DNA of 64,000 bases from assembly GCA_963710375.1 (NCBI GenBank), contig CAVPZX010000005.1, positions 416,001-480,000 on the forward strand, read 5' to 3'. The position numbers were made by a program, and so were the translations under genes. Below the pieces are notes generated by a model. It made no database searches and was not told the DNA's origin. It was given only the letters and a program-made list of their open reading frames with translations. How positions within the stretch are numbered: position 1 is the first letter of the stretch; every line of letters begins with the position of its first letter. This stretch comes from Nitrospirota bacterium. Its GTDB lineage: Bacteria; Nitrospirota; Thermodesulfovibrionia; Thermodesulfovibrionales; Dissulfurispiraceae. Below, piece after piece: positions 10,018 through 20,156 of the stretch.

Positions 10018-10812
10018 GTGCTGCGGTATCCAAATATCAATCCTGAAATTGTCAGGGTCGGGCCGTTTGCGGTCAGGTGGTACGGGGTGATGTACCTGAT
10101 CGGATTTGCATCGTCCTATCTTCTCGTGAAGTATCAGCTAAAAAAGTCCGGAAGCCGGGATAGAGTGGATATAGACTCCCTTTATTCATATGTCATACTC
10201 GGTCTTCTGGCAGGTGCGAGACTGGGTTATGTCGTGTTTTACAATCTTCCCTTTTACCTCAGCCATCCTCTGGAGCTGTTTGCCGTGTGGCACGGAGGTA
10301 TGTCGTTTCATGGCGGACTTATCGGGAGCATCGTTGCAGGGTACCTGTTCTGTAAAAAAATGAAGCTCGATTTCTGGCAGACAGCGGACCTTGTCATTGT
10401 TACGGCTCCAATCGGGCTTGGTCTCGGAAGGCTGGGGAATTTTATCAATGGAGAGTTGTACGGCAGAGTGGCTGATGTGCCGTGGGCCATGGTCTTCCCC
10501 TCAGGGGGGCCTGTGCCGCGTCACCCATCGCAGCTTTACGAGTTTTTTCTGGAAGGAGTGGTCCTGTTTGTTGTGCTCTGGATATTGAGAAGAAAGCATT
10601 ATAAGCCGGGGATACTGACCTCGCTGTTCGTGATTTTGTACGGGGCATTCCGGTTTTTTGCAGAGTTTTTCAGGGAGCCTGATGCGCAACTCGGTTATGT
10701 CCTCGGCATGCTTACTATGGGACAGGTGTTGTGCCTGTCCATGCTGCTGGCCGGGATAATAATGATGTACGCGCTAAATAGGGCGTATCGCACGATTAAA
10801 ATAAAAAGATAA
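10018..10812 (+). CDS. lgt: Prolipoprotein diacylglyceryl transferase
   Basis: VRWYG, GGMSFHGG, GRLGNFINGELYG, HPSQLYE. Confidence 0.97.
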   Translation: MLRYPNINPEIVRVGPFAVRWYGVMYLIGFASSYLLVKYQLKKSGSRDRVDIDSLYSYVILGLLAGARLGYVVFYNLPFYLSHPLELFAVWHGGMSFHGGLIGSIVAGYLFCKKMKLDFWQTADLVIVTAPIGLGLGRLGNFINGELYGRVADVPWAMVFPSGGPVPRHPSQLYEFFLEGVVLFVVLWILRRKHYKPGILTSLFVILYGAFRFFAEFFREPDAQLGYVLGMLTMGQVLCLSMLLAGIIMMYALNRAYRTIKIKR

Positions 10813-10838
10813 ATAATAACTTGCCAAGGAGAAGAGAC

Positions 10839-11534
10839 GTGAAAAAGATCATATTATGGTTTTTAGTATTAATAAGTGTGTATGCCAATATATCGTGTTC
10901 CAAACCGGATTACAAAAAGGTTGCAAATGACTTCATAACTACTACAACCACCATCAGAGATTACACTATCAGGGGAGTGGAAGCTACGAGTTCTCCCAAG
11001 TGGAAGGCTGTTATTGTGTATATAAAACAGGGCGGAACGAATATGCCTATTGTATTATTTGTATCAGACGATGGTCTGTCTATCGTGCCAAATTCAATGA
11101 TCTATGTTAACAATAAGCCGATTTTTACTAAAAAACTTGAGCCCGAACTTGGCAAGATAGATTTTCAGCTCTCTGGAAAGGACCGGCTTGTTTACAATCC
11201 CTCTGGAAATAAAACGGTTTACATGTTTACTGATCCTGACTGCCCATTTTGCAAGCAGGCCAGGGAGAAGCTCAAGAACTATAAAGGAGAATATAGGGTG
11301 GTAGTTAAGTATTTTCCGTTAGAGCAGATTCATCCCGGCGCAACTAAAAAAGCAATTGAAGAGCAGGCAGAGTGGCTTAAGAATAACAGAAAAGACCTTT
11401 CAAAAAAGGCAGATATTTATAAGGAGGCCCAACGAATGGTCGAAGAAGACATTATGGAAGCCAGAAAAGCTGAGATCAGGGGTGTCCCGACATATGTAAT
11501 GGAAGACGGAACCTTAAAGCAGGGGCTGTTTTAG
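10839..11534 (+). CDS. DsbC/DsbG-like thioredoxin-fold lipoprotein
   Basis: Signal peptide with Cys, FTDPDCPFC, GVPT cis-Pro loop. Confidence 0.8.
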   Translation: MKKIILWFLVLISVYANISCSKPDYKKVANDFITTTTTIRDYTIRGVEATSSPKWKAVIVYIKQGGTNMPIVLFVSDDGLSIVPNSMIYVNNKPIFTKKLEPELGKIDFQLSGKDRLVYNPSGNKTVYMFTDPDCPFCKQAREKLKNYKGEYRVVVKYFPLEQIHPGATKKAIEEQAEWLKNNRKDLSKKADIYKEAQRMVEEDIMEARKAEIRGVPTYVMEDGTLKQGLF

Positions 11535-11604
11535 GGCTCAAAGGCGGCAATTTCAGATATAATGGTGTACTGGAGATTGGGACCCGGAACTGGGGAGGCG
11601 CTTA

Positions 11605-12075
11605 GTGGACAGTGAGACGGCAGCCGGTTTGAACAGTCTTAAAAAACATGTTTTTTACGAGTTACTGCGTATCGGCGGGAGGGTATTTATACTCGTGAGG
11701 TATTCTGAGCATGTTATACTGGGAAACCGCGGCCTTACTGAAGATGAAAGGGAAAACGGCATTGTCCTCGTATTTAACCCGGGGATGAACTTCCAGTGGG
11801 ATGACTACGGGATTACCGCCACACTAGTCTTCGGCAGTTCATCCCAGAAATGTTTTATTCCAGTGGATGATATAGCAGCCGTCTATTCTTCCGATCTCAA
11901 TGCGCAATTTATGGTATTGCCCATGTCAAAGAAAATGCAGGACTTCCGGGCAAGGAGCACAGTCAGTGATGAAGACGCTTCTGTATTTGATGGTAATGTC
12001 ATTAAGGTCGATTTTACAAAGAGACAAAAGAAACACGACGCTGCAGAGGGAAAGGACGGAGATGTTCCGTCATAA
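11605..12075 (+). CDS. SspB-like (ClpXP adaptor) protein
   Basis: IVLVF...ITATLVFG...FIPVDDIAAVY pattern and NVIKVDF tail. Confidence 0.65.
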   Translation: MDSETAAGLNSLKKHVFYELLRIGGRVFILVRYSEHVILGNRGLTEDERENGIVLVFNPGMNFQWDDYGITATLVFGSSSQKCFIPVDDIAAVYSSDLNAQFMVLPMSKKMQDFRARSTVSDEDASVFDGNVIKVDFTKRQKKHDAAEGKDGDVPS

Positions 12076-12103
12076 TATAAGTGCTGTAACCGGTACACGG
12101 ATG

Positions 12104-12652
12104 TCAGGCGCTTTCTAACAACAACTTTTTCAGGAGCTCTTTGATCGCGAAAAATTCTGCTTGTTCAATTTTGCCTGCTTTAGAATAACGAACAATGCCT
12201 CTTTTATCTATAATGATGCAATTGCTTTCTCCCTTTATGATCTTATACTTTTCAAAGAAGCTGCCGTCCCAGTCGCCGTAAATTGTTATTCCTTCCTTCA
12301 AGGAGTTTTTTATCAAGTTCTTCGCCCAGATTCCTTTAAATGGCCAAACAGCGCCACTGCAATTAATAACGGCTAATCTTGAAACTTGCTTTTTTATTGA
12401 ATCGGGTTGATCCTTATAGAACTGATTCAATTCATTTTTTAACTCACGATTTTGCTCGATAATTTCTTTTTCTTTAGTTTCATAGAAAATCGTTATCACT
12501 GAACCTTTTAATTGATTTAGCGATATGTTCTTATCATCCCCTGATGTTATGAAAAATTCAGGGGCTCTCATTCCGTCCTCCAATAAGCAAAAGGCATTTG
12601 AATGCATAAGCAATGATAAAAAGATAACACATAAAACAATTGTTCTCATCAA
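12104..12652 (-). CDS. Exported redoxin/YtfJ-like thioredoxin-fold protein
   Basis: Signal peptide, APEF...ISLNQLKG, IIIDKRGIVRY; no CxxC. Confidence 0.55.
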   Translation of the reverse strand: MMRTIVLCVIFLSLLMHSNAFCLLEDGMRAPEFFITSGDDKNISLNQLKGSVITIFYETKEKEIIEQNRELKNELNQFYKDQPDSIKKQVSRLAVINCSGAVWPFKGIWAKNLIKNSLKEGITIYGDWDGSFFEKYKIIKGESNCIIIDKRGIVRYSKAGKIEQAEFFAIKELLKKLLLESA

Positions 12653-12947
12653 AGCCTCCTCAAATCCTTATGATCATAAAGATGAAAGTAAACATTTTTG
12701 CGTGAAAAGAGTACATGCGTCCACGCATGATTTCTACTTTACTCAACGCCAATTGTATCATATGCGCAGGTTGTATTAGAAAGGTCAGATGGTGTTGTGC
12801 GTCTCAATTAGGAGAGAGAAGTAAAGGCCCCTTACAAATTCTCAAATATGTTTGTTATTCTAAGTACTCATTGTGTCGTCGAACTTCGCAAAGCAGATGA
12901 GGAGGCATATCAGCGGAGAAATCCAACAGTCTGATATGACATAGGAA

Positions 12948-13283
12948 ATGGATAACGAGCACCTTGTACACGATTTGATTGTTGACCATTTAAGACACAG
13001 GTTCAGAAGGGATTATAGTGAGATCAAGGTTAATCCAGGGGGAGGGCCTGATATGACCCTGTCAAATCACGGTCTTGTTCTTGCCGTTGTTGAAGTTGAA
13101 ACTGAAAGCAGCATCACTCCTGAAAAGGCCGAGCAATGGAAAGGCCTGGCGCAGCCCGGCACCAAGCTTATTGTCATGGTGCCAAAAAGCGCACGTGTAA
13201 AGGTTATGGAGATGTTATGGCAGAAGGGCATTGCTGATAAAGTGGGAGTGGGCACCTATGATATCGCTATCACGATGCCATGA
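12948..13283 (+). CDS. Hypothetical protein (PD-(D/E)xK-like spacing PD...VEVET)
   Basis: 111-aa ORF with SD. Confidence 0.6.
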   Translation: MDNEHLVHDLIVDHLRHRFRRDYSEIKVNPGGGPDMTLSNHGLVLAVVEVETESSITPEKAEQWKGLAQPGTKLIVMVPKSARVKVMEMLWQKGIADKVGVGTYDIAITMP

Positions 13284-13387
13284 GAAAGGCAAAATGGCAA
13301 AAGGTTGAAAAGTAAAACACGGGCAGACTTTTAATTTTATTACTTTTATTAAACCTTTGGCACTTTGCCATTAGCCTTTTGCCTTTG

Positions 13388-14068
13388 TTAGCCCCCTTGC
13401 TGTTTGCCTTCTTCAGGCAGTGCCATATGCCGTATAAGTTTACCTGCCACCAGGTAAATTACCATCTCGGCAATATTAGTGGCATGGTCGGCGATACGCT
13501 CAAGATATTGGGCCACAAAGATTATTTTTGTGGCCCTTGTTACTGTTGCGGGGTCCTGTACCATAAAGAAGACCAATTCTTTAAGAATTGCATTTCTCAG
13601 GTCATCAACTTCATCATCTCTCATAATGACATCCATTGCTAATTTTTTGTCCCCTTTTACAAATGCGTCAAGTGCGTCTCTTGTCATGCCCTGGGCAATT
13701 TCTCTCATCCTCGGGATATCGATGTACGGCTTTAGAATGGGTTCTTCATTCAGTTCAATAGCCCTCTCGGCAATATTGGATGCCATATCTCCCATCCTTT
13801 CGAGGTCAGTGGTAATCTTCATCGCCGTTGTTATAAATCTCAGGTCACTGGCCATGGGCTGCATGAGTGCAATGAGCTTTATGCACTCCTCATCAATTTC
13901 ACTATCAAGCGTGTTTATCTGGTGGTCGTTCTCGATAACAGTCTTGGCGAGCTGGTTGTCCCTGTTGACGAGCGCTCTTACCGAATCCTTTATGGAAGTT
14001 TCAACCATAGACCCCATTATAAGGACTTTCTCTTTAAGCCGCAGCAATTCCTCATCGAATATAGACAT
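13388..14068 (-). CDS. phoU: Phosphate signalling protein PhoU
   Basis: TDLERMGD and LERIADHATNIAE repeats; follows pstB. Confidence 0.96.
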   Translation of the reverse strand: MSIFDEELLRLKEKVLIMGSMVETSIKDSVRALVNRDNQLAKTVIENDHQINTLDSEIDEECIKLIALMQPMASDLRFITTAMKITTDLERMGDMASNIAERAIELNEEPILKPYIDIPRMREIAQGMTRDALDAFVKGDKKLAMDVIMRDDEVDDLRNAILKELVFFMVQDPATVTRATKIIFVAQYLERIADHATNIAEMVIYLVAGKLIRHMALPEEGKQQGG

Positions 14069-14832
14069 TATCCAAACCTCCCAGTAATATAATCTTCCGT
14101 GAGCTTTTCAGACGGAGCTGTAAACATTTTGTCAGTCCTGTCAAACTCGATCAACTCCCCCAGCATCATAAACCCGGTCCAGTCAGATATCCGGGCCGCC
14201 TGCTGCATATTGTGCGTTACTATTATTATAGTCACACTATTTTTTAATTGCACGAGAAGCTCTTCTATCTTGCCGGTTGAGATAGGGTCAAGCGCGGAAG
14301 TCGGCTCATCGAAAAGAAGGACGTGAGGCTCAACCGCGAGAGCCCTGGCAATAACAAGCCGCTGCTGTTGTCCGCCCGAGAGATCATAAGCGCTGACATG
14401 CAGCTTGTCCTTGGCTTCATCCCACAGGGCAGCGTTTTTAAGGGCCTTCTCAACCCGTTCCGAGAGGTCTGAACGCTTTGTAATGCCCTTTAACTTCAGC
14501 CCGTATGCGATATTGTCGAAAATAGTCATAGGGAAGGGCGTGGGCTTCTGGAAGACCATGCCGATGTCGCTCCTCAGTTTGATAACATCGACATCATTTG
14601 AAAGAACATTCCTGCCCTCGAAGATTATCTCGCCCTCGTATCTATTCTTAGGATAAAGGTCGTGCATACGGTTAAAACATCTCAGTAATGTGGTCTTCCC
14701 GCAGCCGGAGGGCCCGATTAAAGCAGTCACTGCATTTTTATGAGCAGGCACATTAACCTGTTTAAGCGAATGTACATTGCCCGCATAATAAAAGTTCAGG
14801 TCTTTAGCTTGTATTTCCACTATATCGGACAC
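14068..14832 (-). CDS. pstB: Phosphate ABC transporter ATPase
   Basis: [26 protein letters not shown]. Confidence 0.97.
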   Translation of the reverse strand: MSDIVEIQAKDLNFYYAGNVHSLKQVNVPAHKNAVTALIGPSGCGKTTLLRCFNRMHDLYPKNRYEGEIIFEGRNVLSNDVDVIKLRSDIGMVFQKPTPFPMTIFDNIAYGLKLKGITKRSDLSERVEKALKNAALWDEAKDKLHVSAYDLSGGQQQRLVIARALAVEPHVLLFDEPTSALDPISTGKIEELLVQLKNSVTIIIVTHNMQQAARISDWTGFMMLGELIEFDRTDKMFTAPSEKLTEDYITGRFG

Positions 14833-15671
14833 TATTTATACCTCCATTTAATGATGAGTCTGCCCGCTATGGTGATCAGGAGAATGAAAATAGTTATTAC
14901 AAATGATGCGCCCCATGCCTGAATGTGCCACTCTTCATAGGGGCCCATAGCGTACTGGAATATTGTAGTAGTTAATGATGCGATCGGTTCTCGCATGTCA
15001 GTGGAAAGGTAGGAATTATTAAATGACGTAAACAATAGCGGTGCAGCCTCGCCAGCAACCCGGGCAATGGAAAGCAGTATTCCCGTAAGAATGCCTGTTG
15101 CCGCGCCTCTGTAAACCACCTGGATGATAACTTTGTAATACGGTGCGCCAAGGGCAAAGGCCGCTTCCCTTAAAGTCCACGGAACAAGAGAAAGCATATC
15201 CTCAGTTGTTCTGAGTACAACAGGGATCATGATAACTGACAGCGCAGCGGCTCCGGCCCAGCCATTGAAATGCCCGATAGGCTTGACCATTACAGCATAT
15301 ATAAAAGTTCCCACCACTATGGCAGGTACGCTGACCATAATATCGGCAAGTATACTTATGGCCCGTGCCACCCTGGTCCCTCTTGCGTATTCGGCAAGAA
15401 ATGTGCCTCCCAGAATGCCTATGGGAACGCCTATCAGAGTAGCAAAACCGACTATCATCAACTGCCCTATAAATGCATTGCGCAACCCGCCGCCTGTAAC
15501 GCCTGGCGGGGTCGGATCGTTAAGGAACAGACTCGGCGTAAGAGCCCCAATACCGCGTACAAGGACATCTCCCAGAATAAAAACTAGCCAGAACATTCCC
15601 AAAAGGGCGGCAAAAGTGCTCAAAGTAAGGGCCACGATGCTCTCGATTTTTCTTTTTTGATCGATGTTCAT
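14832..15671 (-). CDS. pstA: Phosphate ABC transporter permease
   Basis: [27 protein letters not shown]. Confidence 0.95.
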   Translation of the reverse strand: MNIDQKRKIESIVALTLSTFAALLGMFWLVFILGDVLVRGIGALTPSLFLNDPTPPGVTGGGLRNAFIGQLMIVGFATLIGVPIGILGGTFLAEYARGTRVARAISILADIMVSVPAIVVGTFIYAVMVKPIGHFNGWAGAAALSVIMIPVVLRTTEDMLSLVPWTLREAAFALGAPYYKVIIQVVYRGAATGILTGILLSIARVAGEAAPLLFTSFNNSYLSTDMREPIASLTTTIFQYAMGPYEEWHIQAWGASFVITIFILLITIAGRLIIKWRYK

Positions 15672-16609
15672 CGTGAATATTTCCTCTCAGCCTTGAGCAG
15701 AAAGATCTTTGCTACTGCAAGGACTATAAAGCTCATTATGAAAAGTATAAGGGCCAGATAAAAAAGTGACGAGAGGTAGATGTCTGTGTCAGCCTCGGTA
15801 AACTCATTGGCAAGTGATACTGTAATGGTTGCAGCAGCATCAAATAGCGATGCAGTGATCTGATGGTTGTTTCCAAGGACAAAAGCTACCGCCATGGTCT
15901 CGCCCAGCGCCCTGCCCAGGGAAAGAGTAACCCCTCCGAAAACGGCAAGTTTTGAATAAGGGATCACAACGTTTTTAACAACTTCCCATTTAGTGGCCCC
16001 GATTGCATAAGCAGACTCCTTGACAACGGCAGGCGTCAAATTAAAAGCGTCCCTAGAAATGCTTGCGGTGAAAGGTATAATCATTATGCTCAAAATAACA
16101 CTCGCAGTTAACATGTCGATGCCCATGGGCGTGCCTTTGAACAGGATTCCCACTAATGGCAGCGCTCCGACGCTCTTCTGAATCGCCGGTTCTATATATT
16201 TTGACATTATTGGAGCTACTGTGAACAGCCCCCACATGCCATAAATAATACTGGGAATTGCTGCCAGGAGTTCAATGGCGATCCCGATAGGCCCTCTCAT
16301 AAAGTTGGGAGATATTTCGGTAACAAAGATGGCAATGCCGATTGCGACAGGTACCGCAATTGCTAGAGAGAGCACTGTCGTAACAACGGTCCCGAATATG
16401 GTTGTCGCAGCCCCGAAGGATTGCTTTACAGGGTCCCAGTCAGTGGATTTCAAAAAGTTGATAACACCAAAACGACTGATGGCAAGCGACGACTCCTGTA
16501 TAAGCACTATTAAGATGCCTAAAACCAGTATAACCACCAGCGTTGAAGCAAAAGCTGTTATAAGAGAGAACACGAAGTCAACAGGGTTCTTTTTTTCAAG
16601 AATAGGCAA
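15668..16609 (-). CDS. pstC: Phosphate ABC transporter permease
   Basis: ELLAAIPSIIYGMWG, GRALGETMAV. Confidence 0.95.
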   Translation of the reverse strand: MPILEKKNPVDFVFSLITAFASTLVVILVLGILIVLIQESSLAISRFGVINFLKSTDWDPVKQSFGAATTIFGTVVTTVLSLAIAVPVAIGIAIFVTEISPNFMRGPIGIAIELLAAIPSIIYGMWGLFTVAPIMSKYIEPAIQKSVGALPLVGILFKGTPMGIDMLTASVILSIMIIPFTASISRDAFNLTPAVVKESAYAIGATKWEVVKNVVIPYSKLAVFGGVTLSLGRALGETMAVAFVLGNNHQITASLFDAAATITVSLANEFTEADTDIYLSSLFYLALILFIMSFIVLAVAKIFLLKAERKYSR

Positions 16610-16678
16610 GCTGCTTACTCCTTATGAATCAAATATAATTGGCCCAGAACAATTATGATCGGATAAAAGGCAATTAAA

Positions 16679-16710
16679 AGGGTCAGGATATATGATACAT
16701 ACCTGACCCT
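16679..16710 (-). terminator. Stem-loop between pstS and pstC
   Basis: AGGGTCAGG...CCTGACCCT inverted repeat. Confidence 0.55.
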
Positions 16711-16728
16711 CTTAATTCAATCTAACTT

Positions 16729-17739
16729 CTAATAAATGCCATTCTCCTTCCAGTATGCCCGGATCTTGTCCTTTAAACTCTTTGGCAGCGGCACATAGAT
16801 CAGTTCCTTGGCTTTTGCATCGCCGTTTTTGAAAGACCAGTCATAAAACTTGACGGTTTTCATATCGGCTTGTTTGTGATCCTTTGCGAGCAGAATAAAT
16901 GTGGCGCCTGCGATAGGCCATGCATTCTTGCCCGGTGCATTAACGAGCCAGAGGTCGAAGTGTTTTTTCGGGTCAAAGTTTGCTGAGGCAGCGGCATCTT
17001 CAAAAGCCTCGAAGCTCGGCTCGATATACTTGCCTGCAGAGTTTTTCAACGCTGTATAGGTTAGGTTGTTCAGTTTAGCATAAGCGAATTCTACATACCC
17101 GATAGCATCAGGGGCCTGATGTACATAGTTGGACACTCCCTCATTTCCCTTGCCGCCGATGCCGACAGGCCATTTTACAGAAGTTCCAGCCCCAACTTTC
17201 GTTTTCCATTCAGGACATGTTTCGGAAAGGTAACTAGTAAATATTGCAGTAGTACCGGAGCCGTCAGACCTATGGACAACGGTAATTTCGCTATGCGGCA
17301 GGTTTACCTGTGGGTTCAGAGCTTTAATTACTGGATCATCCCAGTATTTGACTTCGCCAAGATATGCTTTACATACAGCATTAGAATCCAGTTTTAACTC
17401 GCCTGGCTTTACGCCGGGCATGTGAACCACAATAACAACCCCACCCATAACAGCCGGGAACTGCAACAGGCCTGCCTTGTTCAGTTCCTCAGGGGTGAGG
17501 GGTGCATCAGATGCGCCGAATTCAACTGTCCTGTTCGAAATCTGCCTGATGCCTCCTCCTGAGCCGATAGGCTGATAATTGAGCTTAATACCGGTTGCCT
17601 TGTTATAGTCATACGCCCATGCTTGATAAACAGGGGCAGGGAATGTTGCTCCAGCGCCGGTTAGAATATCCTCCGCATGTACAACTGAAAACGTCAAAAC
17701 ACAAGCTGCTGATACAATCAAACTTACTAATCTTTTCAT
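16729..17739 (-). CDS. pstS: Phosphate-binding protein
   Basis: GAGATFP, GSGGG, RSDGSGTT. Confidence 0.97.
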   Translation of the reverse strand: MKRLVSLIVSAACVLTFSVVHAEDILTGAGATFPAPVYQAWAYDYNKATGIKLNYQPIGSGGGIRQISNRTVEFGASDAPLTPEELNKAGLLQFPAVMGGVVIVVHMPGVKPGELKLDSNAVCKAYLGEVKYWDDPVIKALNPQVNLPHSEITVVHRSDGSGTTAIFTSYLSETCPEWKTKVGAGTSVKWPVGIGGKGNEGVSNYVHQAPDAIGYVEFAYAKLNNLTYTALKNSAGKYIEPSFEAFEDAAASANFDPKKHFDLWLVNAPGKNAWPIAGATFILLAKDHKQADMKTVKFYDWSFKNGDAKAKELIYVPLPKSLKDKIRAYWKENGIY

Positions 17740-17774
17740 GTTTCCTCCTGGTTTAAAAAATCTCTGTCTGATTT

Positions 17775-17830
17775 AGGATAAAGCATAAATGTTACATAAA
17801 TGTTACGTCAGTGTTAAATATATATTACAT
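17775..17830 (-). promoter_or_regulatory. Pho-box-like array and -10 upstream of pstS
   Basis: Half-sites (minus-strand GTAAT/TTAAC/GTAAC/GTAAC) at 17824, 17813, 17802, 17791, exactly 11 bp apart; TATCCT 10 bp downstream. Confidence 0.75.
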
Positions 17831-17909
17831 ATCACCTCCCTATCGCAAATTAAAAATTACAAATTATGCATTGAGAGAAGAAGATATAAAATCATTTAAT
17901 TCTTCTTAA

Positions 17910-18098
17910 TTAAATAAGCGGACATTTCTTATGCTGTTTACTCTTACAGTACTCCTGGAGTTGGAACAAACTTGGGACGTAAGGTATATCTCCTGCCTGA
18001 CAGGTGAAAATGATCCATTTAGTAAGATAGGGGCATTTCAGACGCCTGGTCTCAACTTTTGAAAATACACTTTCCCTTCTTGACGTGCTGGTTGGCAT
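17910..18098 (-). CDS. Small Cys4 protein (CPY-type, C-x10-C-x17-C-x7-C)
   Basis: Shares Cys spacing with three paralogues in the window. Confidence 0.7.
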   Translation of the reverse strand: MPTSTSRRESVFSKVETRRLKCPYLTKWIIFTCQAGDIPYVPSLFQLQEYCKSKQHKKCPLI

Positions 18099-18105
18099 TA
18101 CAATA

Positions 18106-18360
18106 TCACCCCATGCTGATTGTTGCGATTATCTCACTATCTGCCATCATTTTTTTCAGGTATTTCTCAATATCAAAATGATCAGGATCATATGTAATGA
18201 CTAGGCTTCCGGTAACCGGGTTGGCCCGGACATCTTTAACCCCCTCCGGTATGGGTATCTCTGCTAATTTTTTTAGTGTTGCAATAGAAAGCTTTTTTAT
18301 CACCGGCACTTGTACTCTGATACGTCCCGGAACATGGTGAACCACCCTATAGTTGATCAT
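18106..18360 (-). CDS. HMA2-like (Cys-less HMA fold) protein
   Basis: HHVPGRIRV...VRANPVTGSLVITYD. Confidence 0.8.
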   Translation of the reverse strand: MINYRVVHHVPGRIRVQVPVIKKLSIATLKKLAEIPIPEGVKDVRANPVTGSLVITYDPDHFDIEKYLKKMMADSEIIATISMG

Positions 18361-18403
18361 TCAATCCACCTTTGTTAGGTTTCATTAATTAAATCATATT
18401 AAT

Positions 18404-18443
18404 TCTTACAAGATGATGAACTGTCAGTTACAACTTTGTGACA
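18404..18443 (-). promoter_or_regulatory. Pho-box-like array
   Basis: Minus-strand GTCAC/GTAAC/TTCAT/GTAAG with 11-bp period (18438, 18427, 18416, 18405). Confidence 0.6.
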
Positions 18444-18641
18444 TTTCAGCAAGGCAGGTTATAGAGTATAGGCCATAACTAATTGTTTTGCCATCGTTTG
18501 CCTTTGGCCTATAATCCATTACCGGCCTTTATGCAATGTAGGTATATAATGAAAGCTTTTTGTAGAATGCTTTTACATTTACATCTGACTAGTTTTATTA
18601 TACACTTTCATTAAAGACTGGCTCACGAGCGGGAGGACAAC

Positions 18642-18929
18642 ATGGCACTTTTTGATAATGGATTAAAGGGTAATATAGTTACAGGCCTCGCTGTCGGCAT
18701 TGGTGCGGCTCTATTTGCCCCTCAGGTGATTCCGGCACTGGCAGGTGTGGTAAAGCCGCTTGCAAAAGCCGCCATAAAGGGCAGCCTTGTTTTATATGAA
18801 AAAGGTAAAGAGGCTTTTGCAGAAGTAGGTGAAATGATGGAAGATATCGTTGCGGAAGTAAAGGCTGAAATGGCAGAATCACACAATGAGGCAGCCGGTA
18901 TCAGCCCCGACGATAAAACAGGCGCCTGA
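18642..18929 (+). CDS. DUF5132-like small GxxxG membrane protein (FezA-like architecture)
   Basis: GLAVGIGAALFAP...KPLAKAAIKG...EDIVAEVKAE; GGGAGG SD. Confidence 0.75.
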   Translation: MALFDNGLKGNIVTGLAVGIGAALFAPQVIPALAGVVKPLAKAAIKGSLVLYEKGKEAFAEVGEMMEDIVAEVKAEMAESHNEAAGISPDDKTGA

Positions 18930-19417
18930 TGATTCCTGAAGCAATTGTATGCCACTCTTCACCTGGAAGATCAAGGGTTAAAGTGCCTTCCAGAAAAGGT
19001 GACGCCGCTTATTTCTCTAGCCTGAAGGACCATTTTGCTCATCTGGAGGGAGTCAAGGAGGTCGAAGCAAATGCCGTTACAGGCAGTGTTGTGTTCATGC
19101 ATGCTGCTGATTTAAAGGCAATTTCTACTTTTGCCGAAGATCATTCACTTTTCAGGCTCATTAAATTAGAGTCCGCGACGCCTGCTCTGTCCCGAAATGT
19201 GGTTAAATCATTCAGGGACTTTGATAAGAAAGTAAAAAAATTTACCGGCAACGAACTGGATGTCCCCGGAGTGGCTTTCCTGACGCTGCTGGGGTTAGGT
19301 ATATACGAAATCGGCAGGGGAAACTTTGCCGCACCTGCATGGTATACCGCTTTTTGGTATTCATTGAACATATTTCTGAAATCAGTGCCTCATACCACCG
19401 ATGAGGAGAACAAATAG
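18929..19417 (+). CDS. HMA2-like domain membrane protein
   Basis: HSSPGRSRV...EANAVTGSV plus C-terminal hydrophobic segment and APAWYTAFWY. Confidence 0.75.
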   Translation: MIPEAIVCHSSPGRSRVKVPSRKGDAAYFSSLKDHFAHLEGVKEVEANAVTGSVVFMHAADLKAISTFAEDHSLFRLIKLESATPALSRNVVKSFRDFDKKVKKFTGNELDVPGVAFLTLLGLGIYEIGRGNFAAPAWYTAFWYSLNIFLKSVPHTTDEENK

Positions 19418-19496
19418 CGGAAGCCATGTAGTTAAACCGCTGCATGGCACATCAAGAAAAAAAACGTTAACAACAATCTAAAAGGGGGTTGCTATT

Positions 19497-20150
19497 ATGA
19501 CTAAGGGCGAGGCTAAGGCTAATTCAAGAGGGGCTGCCAATATTGGAGCAGCTGGAACAAAGGTGAAAGAGGGCATTGTAAGCAGCCTGAAAGGAATAAA
19601 CGAAATCGAGGCGGAAATCGTTAGTTTGGTGAGAAATACTGTCTCCAATGCGCTGAAGGCGACGGCATCGGTAGCCAGCGAGGGCGTGGTCATAACGAAG
19701 GATGTGGTAAAGGGCGCAATTCAGGCTACGGAAGAGGTCGGTACCGGATTGATTTTGAGCACTAAAAGTGTTGCCAAAGGAATTATAATGGGGGTCAGCG
19801 ATGTAGGCGGTGATGTGCTTAGTGTTGCCGGGCAGACTGTCAAGGGCGCTGTCAAAGGTGCTGCCGAAGTCGGTGCAGATGTCGCACTTGTTGCGAGAAG
19901 GGCTGTGGACGGTGTAATTGAAGCAACAAAAGAAATCGGAGGAAATGTTGAAGAGGCTGCCACAGTTGCCGTCGGAGGCGCAATAGAGGCCGCCGGATCT
20001 ATCGGCACTACTGCTGTGCATGCCGTGAAGGACATGCTTGTCGGCGTCGTTTCAGGAGTGAAAGAAGTTGCCGGCTCCGCGCTGCCGAAACCGCGTTCAT
20101 CCGCGGCGACTGAAGTAACGTCAAGGCACAGAACAAAAAGGGAAGAATAG
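19497..20150 (+). CDS. Gly/Ala/Val-rich protein with tandem 22-aa amphipathic repeats
   Basis: KGAIQATEEVGTGLILSTKSVA / KGIIMGVSDVGGDVLSVAGQTV / KGAVKGAAEVGADVALVARRAV / DGVIEATKEIGGNVEEAATVAV... Confidence 0.75.
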   Translation: MTKGEAKANSRGAANIGAAGTKVKEGIVSSLKGINEIEAEIVSLVRNTVSNALKATASVASEGVVITKDVVKGAIQATEEVGTGLILSTKSVAKGIIMGVSDVGGDVLSVAGQTVKGAVKGAAEVGADVALVARRAVDGVIEATKEIGGNVEEAATVAVGGAIEAAGSIGTTAVHAVKDMLVGVVSGVKEVAGSALPKPRSSAATEVTSRHRTKREE

Positions 20151-20156
20151 CGGCAC

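Noticed and set aside
18642..20150. Magnetosome island genes
   Set aside because: No recognisable mamA/B/E/K/M/Q homologues in the window
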